A DNA stretch of 63,918 bases, counting the filler, from Myxococcota bacterium (GTDB lineage Bacteria > Myxococcota > Myxococcia > Myxococcales > Myxococcaceae): assembly GCA_049322255.1 (NCBI GenBank). It is 3 parts of 3 records of this genome, joined end to end, with 100 filler letters (N's around TTAATTAATTAA, not from the genome) between each part and the next. Parts side by side here need not be neighbours in the genome. Positions count along the whole stretch, not along the records: positions 43,296 to 63,918 come from JBMORE010000075.1; 2 more parts are not named here. One strand, given 5' to 3'. Below, piece by piece: positions 45,013 through 55,489 of the stretch (position 1 is the first letter of the stretch; each line of letters starts with the position of its first letter). The translations under genes and the position numbers were made by a program. The notes beneath the pieces were generated by a model, which had not been told where the DNA came from, did no database searches, and saw only the letters and a list, made by a program, of their open reading frames with translations.

Positions 45013-45387
45013 ATGACGCGTGCTCTGTCGATGGCGACTGTGGCGGCGGTGGCCCTGACGTTGGGGGCCTCCGCGGCCGAGGCCGGGAGGAAGAAGACGG
45101 TGACGGTCATCACCGGGGTGTTGAACCTCAACACCGCCAACGCCCGGGAGTTGGAGAAGCTCCCCGGCGTGGGTGAAAAGGCGGCGATGAAAATCATCGC
45201 CTACCGGGAGAAGGCGAAGTTCACCCGCATCGAGGACCTGGTGAAGGTGAAGGGCTTCGGCAAAAAGCGCTTCGAGAAGCTCAAGGCGCACCTGACCGTC
45301 ACCGGGCCGACCACGTTGGCGGTGAAGAAGGTGAAGCAGGAAGGAGGTGGCGCCACGCAGGCGCGTCGAGAGCCGCCGAAACGATGA
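45013..45387 (+). CDS. comEA: ComEA family helix-hairpin-helix DNA-binding protein
   Basis: Signal peptide; LNLNTA..ELEKLPGVG..AA..II.YRE...DLVKVKGFG. Confidence 0.88.
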   Translation: MTRALSMATVAAVALTLGASAAEAGRKKTVTVITGVLNLNTANARELEKLPGVGEKAAMKIIAYREKAKFTRIEDLVKVKGFGKKRFEKLKAHLTVTGPTTLAVKKVKQEGGGATQARREPPKR

Positions 45388-45397
45388 GCGGTTGGCG

Positions 45398-45434
45398 CGG
45401 CCCCTGGTGGAGACACCGGGGGCCGTTGCCTTTC
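45398..45434 (+). terminator. Terminator-like hairpin after comEA
   Basis: CGGCCCCTGGTG-GAGA-CACCGGGGGCCG followed by TTGCCTTT. Confidence 0.55.
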
Positions 45435-45483
45435 ACAGCAGCAGTCTTCTCCCAGGGGCGCGAGACGCTATACATGCAACTCC

Positions 45484-46101
45484 ATGGACGAACGTGAAGC
45501 CCCACGCGACCCGCTCCGCACGCACCTGCGCAAGACGATGCTCGCGGGGCTGGTGTTCTCCGTCCCGTTGGTGGTGACCGCGTGGGTGCTGGTGACGCTG
45601 TTCAACACCGTCGACGAGTGGCTCGGTCCTGCGCTGGCCAAGGCCACCGGGTGGGAGGTCCCAGGGTTGGGCGTGCTCGTCACCATCGCGCTGGTGTACG
45701 CCCTGGGGCTGTTCGCCCAAAACGTCGCCGGCCAGCGCCTCATCCACCTGTGGGACTCGCTGGTCACCCGGGTGCCCCTGGTGCGCGGTGTCTACAAAGC
45801 AACCAAGGAGGTTTCCCAGGCTTTCGGCCGCGAGCAGCGCCCATTTCGCGCGGTGGTGGCGGCGGAGTTTCCCCGCAAGGGCATCTGGACCTTGGGCTTT
45901 GTCACCGCCGACGCTCCTGCCGGGGTGGCGGTGCCCAAAGGCTCGGTGTTCGTCTTCATTCCCACCACTCCCAACCCGACCAGCGGCTGGCTCATCCTCC
46001 TGCCCCAGGAAGAGCTGCTCACCACCCCTTATAGTGTGGAAGAGGGCATGCGCATCATCATCAGCGCGGGCATCGTCAGCCCCTCCCAGCCGCCTCGTTG
46101 A
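45484..46101 (+). CDS. DUF502 family membrane protein
   Basis: [38 protein letters not shown]. Confidence 0.93.
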   Translation: MDEREAPRDPLRTHLRKTMLAGLVFSVPLVVTAWVLVTLFNTVDEWLGPALAKATGWEVPGLGVLVTIALVYALGLFAQNVAGQRLIHLWDSLVTRVPLVRGVYKATKEVSQAFGREQRPFRAVVAAEFPRKGIWTLGFVTADAPAGVAVPKGSVFVFIPTTPNPTSGWLILLPQEELLTTPYSVEEGMRIIISAGIVSPSQPPR

Positions 46102-46147
46102 CACCAGCGCTGCGTTTGCTTGGCAGTCTTCACACGCGGCACCTAGC

Positions 46148-46675
46148 ATGGGGCCTGTGGCTCTACTCGATCGTCAAACCATCGAAGCTGCGCTCATGCA
46201 GCTCAACGACCGCCTCGCGGAAAAACAGCAGCGAGCGGAGCTGTTCCTCGTGGGCGGAGCGGTGATGTGTTTGGTTCATCAAGCTCGCCCGGCGACGAAG
46301 GACGTCGATGCCTGGTTCACCAGCCCTCAGCTCGTTCGGCAGGTAGCCCGCGAGGTGGCGGCGAACATGGACCTGCCGGAGGACTGGCTCAACGACGCAG
46401 CGAAGGCGTTCGTGCCGCCAAACGCTGGCTTCGAAACTTGGCGCGAGCTCTCGAACCTCACAGTCTCCACCGCCGACGCCCGCACCCTGCTGGCGATGAA
46501 GGTGGCCGCCGCGCGCACCATCGAGGATGCCGATGACATCCGGTTCCTCGCCAACTTACTGGGTTTGAAGAGATCCGCGGAGGCGCTTGACATCGTGCTG
46601 CGCTACTACCCGGAGGAACGCCTTCCGGTGCGAGCTCGTTTGTTGCTCGAGGAGATGCTCGATGACCGCCGCTGA
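46148..46675 (+). CDS. DUF6036-like nucleotidyltransferase (putative TA component; start may be GTG 46157)
   Basis: LFLVGGAVM...RPATKDVDA...DWLND...[15 protein letters not shown]. Confidence 0.8.
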   Translation: MGPVALLDRQTIEAALMQLNDRLAEKQQRAELFLVGGAVMCLVHQARPATKDVDAWFTSPQLVRQVAREVAANMDLPEDWLNDAAKAFVPPNAGFETWRELSNLTVSTADARTLLAMKVAAARTIEDADDIRFLANLLGLKRSAEALDIVLRYYPEERLPVRARLLLEEMLDDRR

Positions 46676-47021
46676 GCTCGTCGCGCGCTGCAATCAGGAC
46701 CGCGGGCACTTTCAGCTCGAAATCAACAACTTCATCGACGCAATGAGGAGGGGCTCCGCAGCGGAGCGCCAGGCGATGCTCGCTGACGGACCTTCGCAAT
46801 CGGCACCAATGGAGGGGCTGGTCGCCGCGGTAGCCAGCGCGCTCTGCCGCGAGCTGGGGATTGCTCCGCCAGACTGGGTCGCTCGAACGGGGAGCCCAGA
46901 GCCGTTCTTCGTCTTCCCAGCCAAAAGCTTCGCGCTCCGGGTGCGTCTGATGCTCGAGTCGCCGCCTCCTTTTCGCGCCCGGAATGTTTTCGTTCCGGAA
47001 AATTACCTCTCGCGAGCATGA
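46662..47021 (+). CDS. Partner of the DUF6036-like NTase (antitoxin-like)
   Basis: Overlaps the NTase; APPDW...PFF...[13 protein letters not shown]...LSRA motif. Confidence 0.7.
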   Translation: MTAAELVARCNQDRGHFQLEINNFIDAMRRGSAAERQAMLADGPSQSAPMEGLVAAVASALCRELGIAPPDWVARTGSPEPFFVFPAKSFALRVRLMLESPPPFRARNVFVPENYLSRA

Positions 47022-47067
47022 TCCGGAATAGGAGGCCGACCGGGAGGTTGGCCAACGGCCGCCGACT

Positions 47068-50000
47068 GTGAACCTGGAAACCCCACCGCAGGCACCTGAC
47101 GCCTCCTTGCCGCCTGCGGTGGCGACGCCTCCTCCTTTGCCGCCTGAGAAGCCGGGACACGAGCGCTTGCTCTGGAAGGTGCGCGAGCGCCAGCGCCGGC
47201 AGCTGTGGCTCGAAGGAGCGCTGTGGGGCCTGTGCTCTCTCGTCGTCCTCTGGACCGCCGCCGGTTTTGCCGGCCACCTCGCCCCTTGGATGGGAAAGGC
47301 GTTCTTCCTCGCCGGCCCCATCGCCCTGGGGCTTCTGGCCAGCGCCTTCGGAGTCGTCTTGCGGCTCGTTCGGGTGGGCGACGACGAGCGCACCGCGCGC
47401 CTGTGCGCGAAGAAACTCCCGGAGCTGTCGCACGACGTCTTGGCGGCGATCGAGCTCCAGCGGGCTTTGGGCAACGGTTCCGGTTTCTCCGAAGAGCTGG
47501 CCCGCGCTTTCCTCGCCGACGTCGACGAGCGCGCTTCTCACGCCGACCCCGCGCGCACCGTGGATCCACGCTGGGCCAAACGCGCCGCCGCCGCTTTGGG
47601 CGCCTGTTGCCTTTTGACGCTCTTTGTCCTCGTGGCCTGGTCCAAGACGTGGCTCGTCGGCCTCTCCACCAGCCTGGCGCCCACCGAGCAAGCCGCGGTG
47701 ACCGCCAAGCGCGAGCCCATCACCGGAGACATCGAGCTCACCTACCGCTACCCCGCTCACACCGGTTACGCCCCGCGCACGGTGACGGGCACCAACGGCG
47801 AAGTGTCCGCCCCCAAGGGCACCGAGGTACAGCTGCGCACGCGCGCCGACCGCGAGGTGGCCCGGGCCGACTTGCTCCTCGACGGCGCCCGCGTGCCGCT
47901 CACCGTCTCTTTAGGGCGCGACCTTGCCGGTAGCTTCGTCGTCGAGCGTGCGGGCAGCTACCGCTTCGTCTTCCTCAAGAGCTCGGGGCGGACGCTCGCC
48001 GAGGGTCCAGACATTCCCGTCACGGTGGAGCTCGACGCCTCGCCGCAAGTGCGCCTCACCGCTCCGGTGGAAGAGTTGGAGCTCGACCCAGGCAAGGATG
48101 ACGTCTCCTTGCGCTACGAGGCCTCGGACGACTTCGGGCTCACCGGGCTTTCGCTGGTGTATCGCGCCCCGGGGAAGGAAGAGCAGCGCGTCACCTTGCG
48201 CCACGACGAAGGTCGGCGTACCCAGGGCACCTACCAGTGGGATGTGGGAAGCCTCGCGCTCAAGCCTGGCCAGCGCGTCACCTACTACCTCGAGGTGAAA
48301 GACAACGATGGGGTGGAAGGCCCGAAGAAAGGCGTCTCCCGCACCCAGGTGCTCAAGCTCTACAACGCCGCCGAGCACCGCCGGCTGGCAGTGAAGAAAG
48401 CCGAGGAGCTGTGGGAGCGGCTGGTGCTCCATTTGGCCGATCGGCTCGAAGGGCCCGAGCTGGCCAAGGACAGGGACGTGGAGAAAGTCGCCGCCGCCAC
48501 CGCCATCGACTTGAAGGGCACCCAGCTCGCCGCCGACCTGGTGGGCACCGCCGGCGAGCTCGCCCGCGAGCGCGACGTCCCCGAGGAGCTGCTCGCCGCC
48601 TTGATGAACATCGGCGAGAGCTTTCACCGCGCGGTGGGCAGAACCGCCGACGCCCGCCGCTTGTACCTGCGCTACGCCCGGGCCAGGGCCAACGACTTCG
48701 ACACCGGCAAGCGGCTGTCCTTCGTGGCTGCGGCGGAAATCGAAGAGACCGAGAAGGACGTGCTTTATCTCGAGAGCCTGCTCGACCGGCAGAAGCTCAG
48801 GGACCTGCGCGAGCTGGCCGAGGAGCTGCGGCGCGACCGGCGGGAGCTCGCTTCGCTCATCGAGGACTTCAAGAAGACCTCCGACCCCAAGGCGCAAGAG
48901 GCGGTGCTCCAAGAGATTCAGCAGATGCGCCAGCGCATCAGCGAGCTGATGCAGCGCATGGCCGAGCTGGCCAAAGGCATTCGTGACGAGCACTTAAACC
49001 AGGAGGCGCTCAAGGAGATGATGCAGGAGCGCGACCTGGACGGCGCCCTGGACCATGTCGAGCGTTTGCTCAAAGAAGGCAAGCCCGACGAGGCGCTGGC
49101 CAAGCTGCAAGAGCTCTCCATGCAGCTCGACCAGATGCTGGAGAGCCTCGAGCGCGGCGAGGAGGAGAACGGCGAAGAGCAGTACCCGGAGCTGGCCAAG
49201 AAGTTCCAGGAGTTCATGGACGAGCTGGAGAAGACCACCCAGGAGCAAGCGGCCAACGCGGAGAAGACCAAGGAGCTTCGCGACCGCTACAAACGGCAGT
49301 TGCGCGAGCGGCTGGCGCAAAAGGGCGCCGCGTTCAAGGACGAGCTCATCGCCAAGGCCGACCAGGTGCTCGAGGACTATCAAGACTTCCCCTCCGAGCG
49401 GCTCAACCCCCGCATGGAGAAGCCTCTGGAGGAGGCCGAGGCGGAGCTGGAGAACTTGAAGACCGCGCTCCAGGTGGAGGACTACGACCTCGCCGCCGAG
49501 AGCGCCGCCCGCGCCGAACGCGCCTCCCAGGAGCTGGCCGCCTACGGTGAGCAGCAGCGCCAGGTCGACGAGCTGTTCCAAAACCCGCCCGAGGTGCGCA
49601 AGAAGTCGCGCGAGACGGCGCAGCGGCTGGAGCGCGACGCTCAGAAGGTGGAGGACATTCAGCAGAAGCTACAGCAGCTCTTCCCCCAGCCGGGCTCGAT
49701 GCTCTCCGAGGGGGACAAGCAAAAGCTCAAGGAGCTCTCGGCGCGGCAAAAAGAGCTCCAGCGCGACGCCGATTCTTTACGCCAGCAGATGGACGAGATG
49801 AGCCAGATGGCGCCGGTATTCAACGAGGAGCAACTCGAGCAAATGCAGCGCATCGGCCAACGCATGGGCGACGCCGCCCAGCGCATGGAGGCCAAGGACC
49901 CCAGCCGCGGCTACGGAGAGCAGCGCTCGGCGCTCGAGCAGCTGCAGCAGTTCCAAAAACAGATGCAGCAGAGCCGGCAGGGCAAAGGCAAAGGCGGGCT

Positions 50001-50190
50001 GCCGCTGCCCATGTATGCCGGGCCACGCGACGGGCCGGGGCGCGACCGGGACAAGGTGAAGATTCCCGACGAGGACCCCACCGGCGCCCCCAAAGACTTC
50101 CGCAAGGACGTGCTCGATGCGATGAAGCAGGGCGCGCCGGACAAGTACAAAGACCAGGTGAAGCGCTACTACGAGGAGTTGGTGAAGTGA
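47068..50190 (+). CDS. DUF4175-like membrane protein with long coiled coil
   Basis: N-terminal TMs, YPAHTG, ASDDFGL, YYLEVKDND, long E/Q-rich coils, terminal VKRYYEELVK. Confidence 0.85.
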   Translation: MNLETPPQAPDASLPPAVATPPPLPPEKPGHERLLWKVRERQRRQLWLEGALWGLCSLVVLWTAAGFAGHLAPWMGKAFFLAGPIALGLLASAFGVVLRLVRVGDDERTARLCAKKLPELSHDVLAAIELQRALGNGSGFSEELARAFLADVDERASHADPARTVDPRWAKRAAAALGACCLLTLFVLVAWSKTWLVGLSTSLAPTEQAAVTAKREPITGDIELTYRYPAHTGYAPRTVTGTNGEVSAPKGTEVQLRTRADREVARADLLLDGARVPLTVSLGRDLAGSFVVERAGSYRFVFLKSSGRTLAEGPDIPVTVELDASPQVRLTAPVEELELDPGKDDVSLRYEASDDFGLTGLSLVYRAPGKEEQRVTLRHDEGRRTQGTYQWDVGSLALKPGQRVTYYLEVKDNDGVEGPKKGVSRTQVLKLYNAAEHRRLAVKKAEELWERLVLHLADRLEGPELAKDRDVEKVAAATAIDLKGTQLAADLVGTAGELARERDVPEELLAALMNIGESFHRAVGRTADARRLYLRYARARANDFDTGKRLSFVAAAEIEETEKDVLYLESLLDRQKLRDLRELAEELRRDRRELASLIEDFKKTSDPKAQEAVLQEIQQMRQRISELMQRMAELAKGIRDEHLNQEALKEMMQERDLDGALDHVERLLKEGKPDEALAKLQELSMQLDQMLESLERGEEENGEEQYPELAKKFQEFMDELEKTTQEQAANAEKTKELRDRYKRQLRERLAQKGAAFKDELIAKADQVLEDYQDFPSERLNPRMEKPLEEAEAELENLKTALQVEDYDLAAESAARAERASQELAAYGEQQRQVDELFQNPPEVRKKSRETAQRLERDAQKVEDIQQKLQQLFPQPGSMLSEGDKQKLKELSARQKELQRDADSLRQQMDEMSQMAPVFNEEQLEQMQRIGQRMGDAAQRMEAKDPSRGYGEQRSALEQLQQFQKQMQQSRQGKGKGGLPLPMYAGPRDGPGRDRDKVKIPDEDPTGAPKDFRKDVLDAMKQGAPDKYKDQVKRYYEELVK

Positions 50191-51881
50191 GGGCGCTGGG
50201 GCTCTTCCTCTTCTGGGCCCTGCCTGCCCTGGCTTCCGACGAGGTCAAGGCCGAGGCCAAAGCCCGGCTGCAGAACGTCGAGCAGCACCTCAACGACTGG
50301 AACGTGCCCATGGCGCGCTCCGAGCTTGCGGCGCTGGAAAAGGTGATGCCCGCCGACGTCGAGCCGCTCGCCTACTTTCAGGGCCGCTTGGCCTTCGAGG
50401 AGGGCCGGTACCAGGAAGCCATCGACAAGCTGACCGCTGCGGGCGTCTCCGACAAACCCGGCAGCTACCTGCGGCTGGCCAAAGACACCTGGCGCGTCAC
50501 CCAAGACCACCAGACGGTGGAGAGCGAGCACTTCGTCTTCCGCTACCCCAAAGGCAAAGACGAGGTGCTCGCCCCTTACGCGCTGGAGACGCTGGAGGCG
50601 ATTCGTGCCGCGCTGGCCGAGGACTTGGGCTACGCGCCGCCAGACAAGATACGGGTAGAGGTGGTCAACGACGCCGAGGAGCTGTCGAAGGTCTCCACCC
50701 TCACCCAGGAGCAAATCCGCACCACCGGCACCATCGCCATCTGCAAGTTCAACAAGCTGATGGTCACCAGCCCCAAGGCGGTGGTGCGCGGTTACGACTG
50801 GCAAGACACACTGGCCCACGAGTACGTGCACCTGGTCGTCTCGCAAAAGAGCCTCAATACCGTGCCCATCTGGCTGCACGAGGGGCTGGCCAAGTTCCTC
50901 GAGTCGCGCTGGCGGGGGCCACCCGGGCAGGCGATGACTCCTTCCACCTTGGCGCTCCTCGGGGCGCGGGTGAAGAAGAACGAGCTCGTCCCCTTCGAGA
51001 AGATGCACCCCTCGATTGCGCTCTTGCCCACCGCGGAGGACGCGGCCACCGCCTTCGCCGAGGTGTTCTTCGCCATCGACCTCATTCACAAAGAGCACGG
51101 GGCCCAGGGGCTGCGTATCCTCCTCGACCAGCTCAAGGCGGGCGTGAGCGACAAGAGGGCGGTGGAGGCCGCCACCCGCAAGAGCTTTTCCGGCTTCGAG
51201 CGCGCTTGGCTCACCCACGTGCGCCGCCAGCCCTTCCCCAAGGACCTCGTCCCCCGCTCGGAAGAAATCGAGCTCAAGGCCGACGCGCCCGGCAAAGCCA
51301 AAGAGAAGAAGGGCAAGGAGATTTCCTTCGGGGACTTCGCCGAGGTTCGAGAGGTCGAGGCGCGGCGCTTCGCCCACCTAGGGGAGCTCTTGCGCGAGCG
51401 CAACCGCCCCGCCGCCGCCGCGGAGGAGTACGCCAAGGCGCACCGGCGGGTGGGCAGCCGCTACGAGTCCGTCTCCAACAAGTACGCGCTGACATTGCTC
51501 GAGCTGCGCCGCTTCGACGAGGCCGAACAGGTGCTTCGTGCTTCGCTCACCATGCACCCCGGCTCACCGGGGACGCAGGTGAAGCTGGGCCGGCTCTACG
51601 TACGCAAGCGCGAGTGGAAGGCGGCACGCGAGGCCTACCGCGCCGCGCTGGCGGTCGACCCTTTCGACGAAGAGATTCATCTGGCGCTCTTCCGTATCCA
51701 CGACGCGCTGAAAGAGCACGCCCTGCTCGAGCGGACCCGCGCCGCGGTGGTGACGCTCACCGGGCTTCCACCGAAGGAAGTCGCTCTCGTCGCCGGGCGT
51801 CTGTTCGACCGCGACAACCTGGTCGAGGTCGAGGTGCCGACGAAGGCTTTGCCTTCCGACGCCGGCCCGTCGGTTCGCTAG
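50187..51881 (+). CDS. Peptidase MA-like zinc metalloprotein with TPR repeats
   Basis: Signal peptide; LAHEYVH...VPIWLHEGLA; TPRs; GTGA overlap with the upstream gene. Confidence 0.88.
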   Translation: MRALGLFLFWALPALASDEVKAEAKARLQNVEQHLNDWNVPMARSELAALEKVMPADVEPLAYFQGRLAFEEGRYQEAIDKLTAAGVSDKPGSYLRLAKDTWRVTQDHQTVESEHFVFRYPKGKDEVLAPYALETLEAIRAALAEDLGYAPPDKIRVEVVNDAEELSKVSTLTQEQIRTTGTIAICKFNKLMVTSPKAVVRGYDWQDTLAHEYVHLVVSQKSLNTVPIWLHEGLAKFLESRWRGPPGQAMTPSTLALLGARVKKNELVPFEKMHPSIALLPTAEDAATAFAEVFFAIDLIHKEHGAQGLRILLDQLKAGVSDKRAVEAATRKSFSGFERAWLTHVRRQPFPKDLVPRSEEIELKADAPGKAKEKKGKEISFGDFAEVREVEARRFAHLGELLRERNRPAAAAEEYAKAHRRVGSRYESVSNKYALTLLELRRFDEAEQVLRASLTMHPGSPGTQVKLGRLYVRKREWKAAREAYRAALAVDPFDEEIHLALFRIHDALKEHALLERTRAAVVTLTGLPPKEVALVAGRLFDRDNLVEVEVPTKALPSDAGPSVR

Positions 51882-51915
51882 GCCTCCAACGACGGGGGCA
51901 CTTCTTTCCGCCATA

Positions 51916-51942
51916 TTCATACGGTAATTTCATCCGTATGAA
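51916..51942. promoter_or_regulatory. vapBC operator palindrome enclosing -10 and overlapping the start codon
   Basis: TTCATACGG-N9-CCGTATGAA perfect inverted repeat. Confidence 0.65.
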
Positions 51943-52147
51943 GAAGACCCTGATCATCGATGAAGCGCTCCTAAAAGAGGCACGGCAGGTGACTGACGCG
52001 AGCACGGACACCGAGACCGTTCGTTTGGGCCTGGAGAGCCTCGTCCGGCACGCGGCATACCAACGCTTGCGGGCCCTTCGCGGCTCGGAGCCTGGCGCCG
52101 ACGACGTGTCCAGGCGCCGCGAGAAGCCAAAGCACGGGCGATCGTGA
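51938..52147 (+). CDS. vapB: VapB family antitoxin
   Basis: MKKTLIIDEALLKEARQVT...TETVRLGLESLV...RLRALRGSEP. Confidence 0.85.
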   Translation: MKKTLIIDEALLKEARQVTDASTDTETVRLGLESLVRHAAYQRLRALRGSEPGADDVSRRREKPKHGRS

Positions 52148-52484
52148 TGGTCCTGGTGGATACATCGGTGTGGATTCGCTTCCTCTCCGATCGGGAGCCG
52201 TACGCCAGCGAGCTGGAGCGGCTCCTCGAACGCGAGGAGGTGACCGGCCACGAGCTCGTTTTCGGAGAGCTGCTCATTGGCGATCGTGGTGGGCGAACGA
52301 AAGTCCTTTCCGCGTACGAGCAGATGCAGCAAGGCAAGCGGGTTCCGCACCTCGAGGTGGTACTTTCGTGCGTGAACGCCACCTGCATGGCCGCGGAGTG
52401 GGCTGGGTAGACATTCACTTGCTGGCCACTGCGGTCGTAGGGGGCACTACGACTTTTGCGACGAGGTACGCGCATTCCACCTAA
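52147..52484 (+). pseudogene. vapC: VapC PIN toxin, frameshifted near 52360 and C-terminally degraded
   Basis: MVLVDTSVWI...VFGEL in one frame; FVRERHLHGRGVGWVDIHLLA in another. Confidence 0.8.
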
Positions 52485-52778
52485 ATACCGGCGCCGCCCC
52501 GCCGCCAAGGCAGGCACTGTTCCGGTGGAAAACCTGCGCGAAGCTGCCTGGATGATGCTCTTCGCGGATGAAGTGAAGCTCCGACAGGTTCGAGCAGAGC
52601 ATCACAAGCTTCCAATCGGCGTCGTGCCTCGAAGACGCACGGGCACTCAAGCGGCTACGGTTAAAGCAGGTTGGTGGACGAGCTTCACCGAAGGCTGCGC
52701 CCGTTCTTCTTTGCCGCGTCAGCTCGTTTCTGCCTCTGGCCCTCGCGTGTCTGGAATCGATGCGCGGCCGCAGGGTTG

Positions 52779-53309
52779 TTAGACGACAATGCCGCTGGTG
52801 CGGCTCACCCAGCGCTGCGGCCGAAAAGGGGGAATCGGCTTGGGCTTCAGCATCGGGGCGCCCTCCTTCCAAAAGGACTTGAAGGGCCGCTTCTCCCCCG
52901 TTCGATAGAAGTGGACGAGGTAGGCAAAGTCGCAGGCGGAGTAATCCGACAACCACTGGTCGAAGTGGCTCACCCCCGCCTCGTGGAAGAGGGTCATCGA
53001 GTACTGGCAGGCCTCGTGCTCGTAGGCCTTGAGCTTCTGCAGCTGCTCCTCGGTGGGGTTGGGGTAGAGCCGGTAGCCAATCTCGCGGGACTCCGGGCTG
53101 GTGTTCCACTGCACCGTGTGACCGAAGAGGTGGGCGATGATGAACAGCGCCGTCTCCACCTCTTCATCGTAGTCGACGTGAATCTCCGCGCCGTCCAAGT
53201 CTCCGGTGAAAGGGTCGGGCACGTCGCGCACCCGCACCGGAACGCCGTAGCGCTCCTCGATGTGCTTCTCCAACCGGTTGAAGGCGTCGCGTAAGTCTTT
53301 GTCGGTCAT
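52779..53309 (-). CDS. Hypothetical zincin-like protein (HxxxH...E)
   Basis: TGDLDG..I...IAHLFGHTVQW...YEHEACQY; ATGA overlap with the upstream gene. Confidence 0.7.
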   Translation of the reverse strand: MTDKDLRDAFNRLEKHIEERYGVPVRVRDVPDPFTGDLDGAEIHVDYDEEVETALFIIAHLFGHTVQWNTSPESREIGYRLYPNPTEEQLQKLKAYEHEACQYSMTLFHEAGVSHFDQWLSDYSACDFAYLVHFYRTGEKRPFKSFWKEGAPMLKPKPIPPFRPQRWVSRTSGIVV

Positions 53310-53866
53310 CGCGGCGCCTGCCTCTCCCAGAGGTGGCGCGAGGCTTGATACCCCTCGAGCGCTCCCAACAGCTCCACCACCGCGTACACCACCACCGAGA
53401 CGACGACCGTCACTCCGCCCACCAGCATCCAGGTTTGGCCCTGACCGAAGGATGCCTTCTCCAAGAGCGCGCCGGTGCCAAGACCGAGCGTACCCATGAC
53501 TGCAGCCAAGGCGGGCCAGCGCGCACGACGCCACCCCTCGGCCCGCGCGACGCTCACCTCTCCCCGGTAGAGCGCGTCGTTCGCGAGCCGGGTCACCTCG
53601 GGGACCAGCCACTGGGTGAGCAGCACGCCGGTGAAAAGGCCGAGCGCGGCGCCCCCGGAGAAGACGAGCGGGTCCGGCCGGCCGTGGGCCTGGAAGTAGA
53701 CCGAGGACACCGAGAGCCCGGCCGCGGTGGCGAGCGCAGCGGAGCCGAGGAGCACCCCGGTGCCGGCGGCGGCGACCTTGCCCATCGCCCACGTCGATGC
53801 ACGCGGAGGGTCGGCCACCGCCGCGAAGGCTCCGAGGAGGACGAGAACGACGGCCAGGGCGCGCAT
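53306..53866 (-). CDS. Hypothetical membrane protein
   Basis: Signal peptide and about four hydrophobic segments. Confidence 0.6.
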   Translation of the reverse strand: MRALAVVLVLLGAFAAVADPPRASTWAMGKVAAAGTGVLLGSAALATAAGLSVSSVYFQAHGRPDPLVFSGGAALGLFTGVLLTQWLVPEVTRLANDALYRGEVSVARAEGWRRARWPALAAVMGTLGLGTGALLEKASFGQGQTWMLVGGVTVVVSVVVYAVVELLGALEGYQASRHLWERQAPR

Positions 53867-53945
53867 GAAAACGAATGAAACGGGCTGCGGCTCTGGGCGG
53901 TCAAGCCCTCTCGACAGCTCGGTGGCTCCGTGGGAGCTTGAGTGG

Positions 53946-55214
53946 ATGAGCACCCGGCGCGAAGTCCTGCAGGCGGCAGCTGCGCTGGGCGCTGGCCTGG
54001 CGGTGGGCTGCGGCAGCCCGGAGCCGCCGGCGGATCCACGCTTCCCCTTGGGGGTGGCGAGCGGAGACCCGACGAGCAGCTCCGTCTTGCTGTGGACCTG
54101 TTACCGCGGCCGGGCCGAGCTCGTGGTGAGCGTCGATGACGAAGCGGGTGCCCGGGTGTTCTCCGCGCCGGTGACGGTGGCCGACGGTGGCTTCGCCCAC
54201 GTCGACGTCCCCGGGCTCGCTCCCGGCCGCGCCTACCGCTACCTTTTTTCCGACAGCGACGGCTCGACGAGCGAAGGCCGTTTTCGCACCGCTCCCGACG
54301 ATGACGCGCGGGTGCCCCTCTCTTTCGGCGCCACCTGCTGCACCAAGCTCGGTCACCCGATGGACACGCTGGAGCGCGCTGCCGGCCGCGCCCTCGATGC
54401 CTTTCTGCTCCTGGGCGACACCGCCTACGTCGACGGCGCGCACACCCTCGCCGAATATCGAAGGAACTGGGCGAAGACGCTTTCCACCGCTCCGCAGCGC
54501 GCCTTACGGGCCGCGCACGCAGTCATCGCCACCTGGGACGACCACGAGCTCGCCAACAACTGGAACGCGGAGAACATCGGCCGCGAGCGCTTCGAGACCG
54601 CGGCGAGCGTCTTCTTCGAGCACCAGCCCGCGCGGCGCCAACCGCACGCTCCCTTTCGTGTCTGGCGGCGGCTCCGCTTCGGCCGCACCGCGGAGGTCTT
54701 CGTGCTCGATACCCGTGGCGAGCGCCGGCCTTCGGCCCAGGAGTTCCTCTCACGCGCGCAGCTCGACTGGCTCGAGGCCGGGCTGGCCGAGAGCAGCGCC
54801 GCCTTCAAGCTGGTGCTCAACCCGGTGCCCATCGCGGCCTACCCGGGGGCGCTCTTCCAGAGCTTCGAGCTCGACCGCTGGCAGGGTTACCCCCAGCAGC
54901 GCACCGAAATCCTCCAGCACGTGGAGGACCGGGACATTCGCGGGGTGCTGTGGCTCGCGGGCGACTTCCACCTCGCCTGCGCTGGGCGCGTCTCGCTCCA
55001 AGGGCCGGGACAGAACGCGGTGGAGGTGCTGGTGGGCCCGGGTGCGCAGGCCGCCAACCCTTCGCCCACCTACCCCGCGCCGCCGCAGTTCGACTGGGCC
55101 AGCGGGGTGAACAACTACACGGTGATCGACCTCGACCCGGCGACCTTGCAGGCGCGGATCCGCCACGTCGACGGCGGCGACGCCACCCTCTTCGACCACA
55201 CCTACGTCCTGTAG
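53946..55214 (+). CDS. phoD: PhoD-like alkaline phosphatase, Tat-exported lipoprotein
   Basis: STRREVL Tat motif + AVGC; FPLGVASGDP, LGDTAYVD, WDDHE, LDTR, DRWQGY, GDFH. Confidence 0.92.
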   Translation: MSTRREVLQAAAALGAGLAVGCGSPEPPADPRFPLGVASGDPTSSSVLLWTCYRGRAELVVSVDDEAGARVFSAPVTVADGGFAHVDVPGLAPGRAYRYLFSDSDGSTSEGRFRTAPDDDARVPLSFGATCCTKLGHPMDTLERAAGRALDAFLLLGDTAYVDGAHTLAEYRRNWAKTLSTAPQRALRAAHAVIATWDDHELANNWNAENIGRERFETAASVFFEHQPARRQPHAPFRVWRRLRFGRTAEVFVLDTRGERRPSAQEFLSRAQLDWLEAGLAESSAAFKLVLNPVPIAAYPGALFQSFELDRWQGYPQQRTEILQHVEDRDIRGVLWLAGDFHLACAGRVSLQGPGQNAVEVLVGPGAQAANPSPTYPAPPQFDWASGVNNYTVIDLDPATLQARIRHVDGGDATLFDHTYVL

Positions 55215-55454
55215 CTGACGACCAGGCAAGCAACGTCATGACACCTCCCGTCCAAGCCGTTCCTCCCGGCGAGAACCCGCTCGAGGTCGTGCAGCCGGAG
55301 CGCGTCGACAGGCCCGGGACATCCTCTCTGCTCACACCACCCGGTTCGCGGTGGGCCTCTCGATGGCCAGGGTCATCGACACCCTCCTCGTTCCGCTGGA
55401 ACGTTGCGCCTTCCCCGAGCTGTCGCCCATGCAGGTGATGTCCCATTGGTTGGG

Positions 55455-55483
55455 TTGCGACGAAACATGATATTTCATACCTT
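55455..55483 (+). promoter_or_regulatory. Putative leaderless promoter of the mazEF-like operon
   Basis: TTGCGA-N17-TACCTT-N6-ATG; ATGA-N4-TCAT palindrome in the spacer. Confidence 0.55.
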
Positions 55484-55489
55484 TATAGC

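Noticed and set aside
52485..52778. ORF-like stretch after vapC (also 55215-55440)
   Set aside because: No start signals or motifs I can support; probably debris.
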